Positions 8,569-15,288 of a stretch of DNA of 32,089 nucleotides are shown here, in pieces; position 1 is the first letter of the stretch, and every line of letters begins with the position of its first letter. The notes beneath the pieces were generated by a model. It was not told the DNA's origin and made no database searches. It was given only the letters and a program-made list of their open reading frames with translations. The position numbers and the translations under genes were made by a program. The DNA is from an uncultured Gemmatimonas sp. (GTDB taxonomy: Bacteria; Gemmatimonadota; Gemmatimonadetes; Gemmatimonadales; Gemmatimonadaceae): positions 1-32,089 of the forward strand of contig CAZPJF010000001.1 of NCBI GenBank assembly GCA_964586095.1, given 5' to 3'.

Positions 8569-10695
8569 TCAGCGCTCGCGGCCGGCGAACTGGAAGACCC
8601 GGAAGACGACGAACTCCGCGGGGCGCGACGGGCAGACGCCGATCTCCGTGACGACCATCCCGGCGTCCACGATCTCCGGCGGATTCGTCTCCGCGTTGCA
8701 GCGCACGAAGAACGCCTCCTCCTCCGTGTTCCCCACGAGCTTCCGCTCGAGCCACTGGATGCGCAGGAATCCGCGGACCGACTTCTCGAGGCTCTTCCAG
8801 AGCGTCGGGTCGTTCGGCTCGAACACCGCCCAGTCGGTGCCGCGCTGGATCGAGCGCTCGAGGAAGATGAAGAGCCGCCGGACCCCGACCTGCGCCCAGA
8901 GCGGTTCGGCCGAGAGCGTGCGCGAGCCCCAGACCACGATCCCCTCGCCGGCGAGGTTGCGGATGGCGTTGATCCGCGCCGGATAGAGCAGGTCGTTCTC
9001 GCCGCGCGTCGTCTGGTGCCCCAGGCCGGACGCGACGTTCACGAGCCCGACGTCGGTCCCGGCCGGTGCCTTGTGCACCCCGCGCCGCGTGTCGCTGCGT
9101 GCGAAGATCCCCGCGACCGCGCCCGCGGGTGGGACCAGCACCGGCTGATTGGTGAGGAGGTCCTTCACCTCGAGCCACGGGAAGTAGATGCCGGCGTAGC
9201 TCGAACTCAGCGTCCCGAGGTAGGCGCGGACCGCGGCGACCGGGTCGGCCCCCGCGGTGCGCGGCGGGTCCATGATGTAGAACATGTCGCGGCGCCGCTC
9301 CACCCACGCGATGACCTGTGCCGCGAGGTTGCGCTGGTGCACGAGCGGGTCGGGCACGGCCGCGGTGGCGAGCCGGGAGTGCCCGATCGCCAGGATGCTG
9401 GCGTCCTCCACGGCATCGAACGCATGCAGGCCGTTCTTCGCGAGGTCGCTCCCCACGAAGTCGCTCACGGAGAGGTTCGCGAGGCCGTCGTTCGCGGCCC
9501 CCGCGAGCGGCATGAAGTCCGTGTTCCGCAGGACGATGTCGTCGGGGCTCGCCGCGCTCGGTTCGCTCGCGACGATGTACTGCGAGTTGCCGGTCCCTTC
9601 GCCGAGCCGCACGGTCACGTGGTCCGTGGCGTTCCCGGCCGCGAGCGAGAGGTTGCCGTGCGTCTCGACCACCTCGTCGCCCAGCCGCACGCTCAGCGCG
9701 AAGTCGCGCGCGTACACGCGTGTCACCGCCCTCGGGAGCGCCGGGAGCGCGACCGGCACTCCGGCCGGCGCGATCACCGCGCGCATCGCCGGAGTGCCGC
9801 CGACCGAAGTGGTCTCCGTCGCGCGCACGACCACGAGGGCCGCCGCCACCTCGAAGTGCAGCGAGTCGCCCGGCGCGAGCGCGGGACGGCCGTCGGGCCC
9901 CAGTACCGCCTGCAGCCGGATCGCCGTCGCCGCCGGGGGATTGGCGGCGCCGAGGTCCACCGCTGCGGCGAGGTCGGTCCTGGTCATCAGCGAGAAGTCG
10001 GGCTTGTACGCGACCAGGTTCGTGGCGGGCAGCGTCCGGGCCGATGCCACGCTGCCCTCGAGCAGGCGCTGCGTGAACGACACCGTGCGGTAGGTGGGCG
10101 AGGCGGGGTCGACGTCGACGCCGGCCACCACGCCCGTGACCTCATGCACCAGGTAGAGCACGGACCCCGGGACCACGTCGGCGTTGCGCGGCAGGACGAT
10201 GCTCTCGGCGTTCCCTGCCGCGATGTCCTGCGCGAGCGGCAGCGAGAACTTGCTCGTGGACTCGACGCGCACCCGGAGCGCGGTGCCCCAGGTCCCCGGC
10301 GAGACCGCACTCACCTGCAGGGCGCCCGCCACGGCGGTCGCGTCCAGCCGCTCCGCGGCGAAGCTGGCATCCGCGGGCGCCGCCGTGAGGCTGTCCCCGT
10401 CGTTGATGTCGCCGTAGTGCGCGACGCGCACCACGTAGCAGCGCGAGCCGCCGGACTCGAAGAAGTGCCGGACCGTGTAGTACAGGTAGTGCTCCCGCAG
10501 GCCCGGCGTGATGCCGATCGGACCGCCGAACCGCTTCACGAACTCCGCGAACCCGGTCACCAGCGTCGCGCGGCCCACCGGGCCGCGCTCGGCGACCCCG
10601 AGGAACGCGCCGGTGGAGGTGGAGACGCCGGCGATCGGGCGCGAACCCGATGCGACCTCCTCGACATAGACGCCTGGGGCAAGATAGGTGGGCAT
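8569..10695 (-). CDS. eCIS tail sheath protein (708 aa, insertion domain)
   Basis: MPTYLAPGVYVEE, FLGVAERGP, RGVHKAPAG, INAIR, WGSRTL, VRRLF, WAVFEPND, AFFVRC..ETN, PAEFVVFRV. Confidence 0.95.
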   Translation of the reverse strand: MPTYLAPGVYVEEVASGSRPIAGVSTSTGAFLGVAERGPVGRATLVTGFAEFVKRFGGPIGITPGLREHYLYYTVRHFFESGGSRCYVVRVAHYGDINDGDSLTAAPADASFAAERLDATAVAGALQVSAVSPGTWGTALRVRVESTSKFSLPLAQDIAAGNAESIVLPRNADVVPGSVLYLVHEVTGVVAGVDVDPASPTYRTVSFTQRLLEGSVASARTLPATNLVAYKPDFSLMTRTDLAAAVDLGAANPPAATAIRLQAVLGPDGRPALAPGDSLHFEVAAALVVVRATETTSVGGTPAMRAVIAPAGVPVALPALPRAVTRVYARDFALSVRLGDEVVETHGNLSLAAGNATDHVTVRLGEGTGNSQYIVASEPSAASPDDIVLRNTDFMPLAGAANDGLANLSVSDFVGSDLAKNGLHAFDAVEDASILAIGHSRLATAAVPDPLVHQRNLAAQVIAWVERRRDMFYIMDPPRTAGADPVAAVRAYLGTLSSSYAGIYFPWLEVKDLLTNQPVLVPPAGAVAGIFARSDTRRGVHKAPAGTDVGLVNVASGLGHQTTRGENDLLYPARINAIRNLAGEGIVVWGSRTLSAEPLWAQVGVRRLFIFLERSIQRGTDWAVFEPNDPTLWKSLEKSVRGFLRIQWLERKLVGNTEEEAFFVRCNAETNPPEIVDAGMVVTEIGVCPSRPAEFVVFRVFQFAGRER

Positions 10696-10698
10696 CGG

Positions 10699-11049
10699 TC
10701 AGTCCTTGGGTGGATTGGGCTTCCTCTTCTTCGCGATCGCTCGCGCACCACGTCCGCGCGGCTTCCGCCCCCCGCCGCGACCCCGGGTGCGCAGGTCGGC
10801 GTCGTCCTCGTCCTCGCCCGCGGGCTCGACGGCGCCGCCCGCGCCACCACCGTCCCTGTCCCCGGCGCCGGACGGCTCGCCGGCGGCCACCAGTCCGGCC
10901 CGCACGAAGCGCTGCAGTTGCGGACTGCTCATCCACGCCGCGGCCACGGTGAGTTGCTCGCCGGGCGAGAGGCGGACCGTCCGGCCCGCGACCCGGAAGC
11001 TCAGCGGGCGCCGCATGGTGTTGCGCAGGAGCATCTGCTTCTCGGCCAT
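10699..11049 (-). CDS. Small hypothetical eCIS-associated protein
   Basis: ATG with GAGGA RBS, stop 3 nt before the sheath start; folded-looking N-terminal ~55 aa plus low-complexity acidic/basic tail. Confidence 0.7.
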   Translation of the reverse strand: MAEKQMLLRNTMRRPLSFRVAGRTVRLSPGEQLTVAAAWMSSPQLQRFVRAGLVAAGEPSGAGDRDGGGAGGAVEPAGEDEDDADLRTRGRGGGRKPRGRGARAIAKKRKPNPPKD

Positions 11050-11077
11050 CGTCAGGTCCTCGGTGCGGGTCGCGCGG

Positions 11078-11998
11078 TCAGGCGCGCACGAGCGGGAGCG
11101 TGCGCGCCGTGCGCGCCCCCGCGGTGACGGTGAGGGTCGTGGTCGCGGTGACGAAGCCCGCGCGCGACACGCTCACGGTGAGCGCGGTCGCCGGGACGTT
11201 CGACGCGAAGTGGAAGACGGCCTGGCCGCGCCCGTCGGTCTCGGTGCGCGTCGCCTCGATCGTGCCGAGCAGGAAGGGCGGGGGCAGCGTGGCGAGGAAG
11301 AGCGTGACGCCTCCCACCGGCACCGGAGCGACCGCCGCGCCGTCCACGGCGGTGATCCTCACCACCGCGTCGGCGACCGGGATGCGGTCCAGTGGATCAG
11401 GCGGCAGGGGCGCTTCGACCACATGCAGTCCGGCCACCGTGGTGCCGGCCGGGAACGCGTAGTTGGGCCCGGGACGCAGGAGCAGGCGCTGGCCGCGCAC
11501 GATGCGCAACACCTCGCCCACCCCGAGGCCGCCGATCGCCGTGAGCTCCGCGCCATCCACATCCACGCCATCCAGCGACTCGGCCAGCGTCGTGGTGAAC
11601 CCGCCCTCCCCCACCACACGGGCCCCGGCGGCGATCGCGGGCACGAACGGCACCGCCGCGAACTCCGCGCGATTCCCGGTCATGCCGGTCACGATCACCT
11701 GCAGCTCATCCTCGCCGTCGGTGCCGATCACCGTCAGCGCGCTGCCGGCGCTCGGGAGCGAGAACCGCCGCGACTGGAACTCGCGCGAGGTCAGCTCGAC
11801 GACGTGATCCGGCGCGCCCGCGGGTCGCGCGGCGACGTCGGCGAACACGAAATGCCCGTCCTGCTTCTGCACGGCGCGGCGGTGGTGCGTGCTCAGCATG
11901 GCGCGGTAGCGCGCGGGCACGAGGTCGAGCCGCGTCAGTGCGTCGGCCACGCGGCCGACGTACCGCACGCGGGAGACGGTCGTCTCGAGGGCCGTCAT
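11078..11998 (-). CDS. eCIS accessory beta-rich protein with carboxypeptidase-regulatory-like domains
   Basis: ATG 11998 overlaps the upstream stop; DG.FVF.D, L.PGP.Y.FP.GTT, TD.RGQ.VF.F, V.RAGF motifs. Confidence 0.7.
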   Translation of the reverse strand: MTALETTVSRVRYVGRVADALTRLDLVPARYRAMLSTHHRRAVQKQDGHFVFADVAARPAGAPDHVVELTSREFQSRRFSLPSAGSALTVIGTDGEDELQVIVTGMTGNRAEFAAVPFVPAIAAGARVVGEGGFTTTLAESLDGVDVDGAELTAIGGLGVGEVLRIVRGQRLLLRPGPNYAFPAGTTVAGLHVVEAPLPPDPLDRIPVADAVVRITAVDGAAVAPVPVGGVTLFLATLPPPFLLGTIEATRTETDGRGQAVFHFASNVPATALTVSVSRAGFVTATTTLTVTAGARTARTLPLVRA

Positions 11999-12384
11999 CG
12001 GACCGCCCGGTCGCCGGCATCCCACGCACCGCGTGCGCGCGCCAGCCGGCGCACGGCGTCCACCAGCCCGCGCGCCGACAGCTCGCCCAGCGGCTCGCGG
12101 TGCGGGCGTAGTTCGTATGCGTACGTCTGCCGCCCGTCGAGTTCGAGCCCCAGCACGCGCAGCTGCGGGTCGACGAGGAAGAACTCCCAGCCCGGCTCCG
12201 CCACGTCCTGCGCCATGCCGAGGATCACGACCTCGGGATGCGCCGCGCGAGCGAGCGCGACGAGTTCGCCCTGTCCCCGGGCGGTCCCGACGATCGTCAC
12301 GTCGTCCGCCGCGCCGAGGATGTGCCTCACGATGTCATCCAGCATCGCGGGGAGGTTTGCGATGGCCACGCGTATCAGCGACAC
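11995..12384 (-). CDS. Stand-alone atypical (pseudo) receiver-domain protein
   Basis: IRVAIA...IVRHILG...DVTIVG.A...L...A...PEVVILG follows the NarL-type REC pattern, but the acidic pocket and phospho-Asp are replaced and there is no HTH. GTG start inferred. Confidence 0.65.
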   Translation of the reverse strand: MSLIRVAIANLPAMLDDIVRHILGAADDVTIVGTARGQGELVALARAAHPEVVILGMAQDVAEPGWEFFLVDPQLRVLGLELDGRQTYAYELRPHREPLGELSARGLVDAVRRLARARGAWDAGDRAVR

Positions 12385-12595
12385 GGCTCTGTCTGGGAAT
12401 GGGTGCCGCCACGTTGCGACCGGTGCAGGCATCCGCCTATGGTCCCGGGGGTGCCTTTTCGGTCCAGCACCGGCCTCGGGCCCAGGCACGCCTCGTACTG
12501 CATCCATTTGCCCATCCGCTGGCAGGGCCAGGGACCGGTCCCTTCGGTGGGGGGCACGATTCCGCGCGATGCTCCCCGCCCGCTATCTTGGCCCC

Positions 12596-14176
12596 GTGCA
12601 CGGGACCACCCCGCAGATCCTCCTCGGCGTCACCCTCGCCGTCCTCGTCGTCGCGCTGACCGCCCTCGCGCGGCGGCTGCCGATCCCCTCCCCCATCCTG
12701 CAGGTCGCCGCGGGCGCGCTGCTCGCCCTCATCCCGGGCGTCAGCGTTCCCTCACTCGACCCCGACCTCGTCTTCTTCGTCTTCCTGCCGCCCATCCTCT
12801 GGGCGGCCGCGTACTTCACGTCGCTGCGCGAGTTCCGCACCAACCTCCGCCCGATCGGGTTCCTGGCCATCGGCCTCGTGGTCGCGACCACGGCGGTCAT
12901 CGCGGTCGCCGCCCGCGCGCTCATCCCCGGCATCCCCTGGCCCGTCGCCGTCGCGATCGGCGCGATCGTCTCGCCGCCGGACGCCGTCGCCGCCGCCGCG
13001 ATCGTCTCGCGCCTGCCGGTCCCGCGTCGCGTCATCGTGATCCTCGAGGGCGAGTCGCTCGTGAACGACGCCTCGGCGCTCGTCCTCTACCGCACCGCCG
13101 TCGCGGCCGCGGTGACCGGCGTGTTCAGCTGGGGCGAGTCGGTCGTGCGCTTCTTCATCGATGCGGGCGTGGGCGCGGCGATCGGCTTCGCGGTCGGCTG
13201 GCTCGTGATCGAAGCCGCACGCCGCACGCGCGACTCACTGGCCGAGGTGCTGCTCACGCTCGCGGGACCGTACGTGGCGTGGGTCGCGGCGGAGACGATC
13301 CACGTGTCGGCGGTGCTCGCCTGCGTCGTCGGCGGGCTGTACGTACGGCAGCATCTCTCGATGGCCGTCGCGCCGCTCTCGCGCATCCAGGCCAAGGCCG
13401 TCTGGGACCTGTTCGTCTTCGCGCTCAACGCGGTGATCTTCCTCATCCTCGGCGCGCAGGGGAAGGCGCTGCTCGCGTCGGTGACGCCGGAGCGGCTCTG
13501 GCCGACGATCGGCACGGGTGTGGTGATCGGCGTGGTCGCGGTGGTGGTGCGGCTCGTGTGGGTACCGCTCGGCACCTGGCTCCCGCGCGCGCTCGACCAC
13601 CACGTGCGGCATCGCGACCCCATGCCGTCGTGGCGATCGGTGGCGCTCGTCTCCTGGACCTCGATGCGCGGGATCGTGTCGCTCGCGGCGGCGCTCGCAC
13701 TGCCGCTCACGCTGGCCGACGGCTCCCCCTTCCCGTTCCGCGCCGAGATCCTGGTGATCACGATGGTGGTGATCGCGCTGACGCTGGTGCTGCAGGGGCT
13801 CACGCTGGCGCCGGTGATCCGCGCGATGCGCTTCGCGCCCGAGACGGTGCATCACGAGGAGACGCGGATGGCGCGGCGGGAGACGACGCGGCGCGCGATC
13901 GAGACGCTCGATGACCTCGCGCGCGAGCCGGGCGTGGACCCGCGCGACGTGGAGTGGCTCAAGCGGGAGATGCGGGAGCGGCTGGCGGAGGCGGCGACGC
14001 CGCACGGCGGGAGCGATGCGGGGCGGCGGCGGTTGCGGCTCCAGACGATCGCGGCGCAGCGGCGGATGCTGGTGCGGCTGCGGAACGAGGATGCGATCAG
14101 CGACGAGGTGCTGCGGGAGCTGGAGCAGGAGCTGGACCTGGAGGCGATCCGGGTGGGGGCGGGCGAGGAGCGTTAG
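12596..14176 (+). CDS. Na+/H+ antiporter, CPA1 family
   Basis: FLPPIL..AA, GAIVSPPDAVA, ILEGESLVNDAS.LV, MRGIVSLAAAL.LP, C-terminal ELDLE; many TM segments. GTG 12596 (alternative ATG 12569). Confidence 0.93.
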   Translation: MHGTTPQILLGVTLAVLVVALTALARRLPIPSPILQVAAGALLALIPGVSVPSLDPDLVFFVFLPPILWAAAYFTSLREFRTNLRPIGFLAIGLVVATTAVIAVAARALIPGIPWPVAVAIGAIVSPPDAVAAAAIVSRLPVPRRVIVILEGESLVNDASALVLYRTAVAAAVTGVFSWGESVVRFFIDAGVGAAIGFAVGWLVIEAARRTRDSLAEVLLTLAGPYVAWVAAETIHVSAVLACVVGGLYVRQHLSMAVAPLSRIQAKAVWDLFVFALNAVIFLILGAQGKALLASVTPERLWPTIGTGVVIGVVAVVVRLVWVPLGTWLPRALDHHVRHRDPMPSWRSVALVSWTSMRGIVSLAAALALPLTLADGSPFPFRAEILVITMVVIALTLVLQGLTLAPVIRAMRFAPETVHHEETRMARRETTRRAIETLDDLAREPGVDPRDVEWLKREMRERLAEAATPHGGSDAGRRRLRLQTIAAQRRMLVRLRNEDAISDEVLRELEQELDLEAIRVGAGEER

Positions 14177-15219
14177 GCCAACCGGATCGCCGGCCCCTCC
14201 TCGTGCGCCGCCGGGTTCCGCGTCGTCCCCTCGGGCAGCGGCTCGGTCCGGCTCAGCCGCTCCACGTCGATCGCGATGACGTCGTCCGCCGAACTCGTGA
14301 AGATGCTCGCGAACTTCACGTCCCAGCGCATCTCCTCGCAGGTGTAGCTCGTGCGCTGCCGCACGCGGGTCGAGAAGGTCTCCTCGTGCGCCTCGACCGA
14401 GATGACGAACTCCGCCTCGGCGCGCCGCAGGTCGTCGGCCGTGAGGCCGCGGAGCGGACTCTTGGCGTCGATCGGATGCACGACCGTCCAGTGCAGGTTG
14501 AACAGCTCGACCTGATCGCGTTCGAGTTCGAGCCAGTGGAAGTTCCGTTCCCGCACGCCGTCGAAGTGCTCGAACCAGCTGAGGATCACCCGCACCCGCA
14601 CGTCGCTCAGCTCACCGGGGCGCTCGTTCACCATGCGGAACATCACGCCGCGCCCGCCCTCGTATGGCGCGACGATGAGCGACTCGGAGAAGCGGAGCCG
14701 CATCCGCGGGCGCATGAGCCGCGCGACGATGAGGCCGGCCGCGGTCACGATGAACAGCAGCCCGACGAGCGACTCGAGGATGACCAGCCAGTTGGCGGTC
14801 GCCCCCACGGCATGCACCCCGTCGAGCCCGGTGGTGGTGAACACCCCGACGCTGAAGGTGAGTGCGCGGAGGAAGGGGTCGGTGAGGCCGAGGGTGTCGG
14901 CGCCGGCGAGGGCGCCGGGCCCGAGGGAACGGAAGGCGATCGCGAAGACGCCGTTGGTGAGGAGGAGGACGCCGGCGAGCCACCAGAGGAAGCGGGGCCA
15001 GGAGGCGTCGAGGGCGGCGAGATAGGCGCGCTCGGCGCGCTGGGCGCCGAGGCCGTACTTGCGGGAGACGGGGCGGCCGTCGCGGCCGATGAAGCGGCCG
15101 CGCGCGGCGTTGGCGGCGACGCGGCCGAGGCCGAGGTCGAGGGGGTCGGACGTGGCGTGTGTACCGCGATCCGGTCCCTCGAGCTCGCCCGGCTCGCCGC
15201 TGGGGCTGGGAGACGTCAT
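14173..15219 (-). CDS. KirBac-like inward-rectifier ion channel with atypical filter
   Basis: Two TMs around a pore helix (FSV..FTT.G), AN.L..LES..G, GL..AR..RP, RFS, FR..N.R, W..VHPID..SPL, ETFS..V..R.SY. Confidence 0.88.
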   Translation of the reverse strand: MTSPSPSGEPGELEGPDRGTHATSDPLDLGLGRVAANAARGRFIGRDGRPVSRKYGLGAQRAERAYLAALDASWPRFLWWLAGVLLLTNGVFAIAFRSLGPGALAGADTLGLTDPFLRALTFSVGVFTTTGLDGVHAVGATANWLVILESLVGLLFIVTAAGLIVARLMRPRMRLRFSESLIVAPYEGGRGVMFRMVNERPGELSDVRVRVILSWFEHFDGVRERNFHWLELERDQVELFNLHWTVVHPIDAKSPLRGLTADDLRRAEAEFVISVEAHEETFSTRVRQRTSYTCEEMRWDVKFASIFTSSADDVIAIDVERLSRTEPLPEGTTRNPAAHEEGPAIRLA

Positions 15220-15288
15220 GCCAACAAGATACCGACGGGGCCGCGAAACCGTCGGCCGGAGTCGCGGGGACGGCTCGCGAGCGACGCG

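Noticed and set aside
229-10695. Prophage or T6SS interpretation of the tail genes
   Set aside because: No capsid, portal, terminase, integrase, TssB/C, ClpV or membrane complex in the window; DUF4255 plus Afp15-like ATPase indicate eCIS.
10688-12595. Apparent 636-aa N-terminal extension of the antiporter (1162-aa ORF)
   Set aside because: Overlaps three minus-strand eCIS genes; CPA1 similarity only begins near 12596.
15232-15255. Intrinsic terminator (CCGACGG...CCGTCGG)
   Set aside because: 7-bp stem with a 10-nt loop and no proper U-tract; the adjacent AT-rich bases fit better as the channel gene's -10 box.
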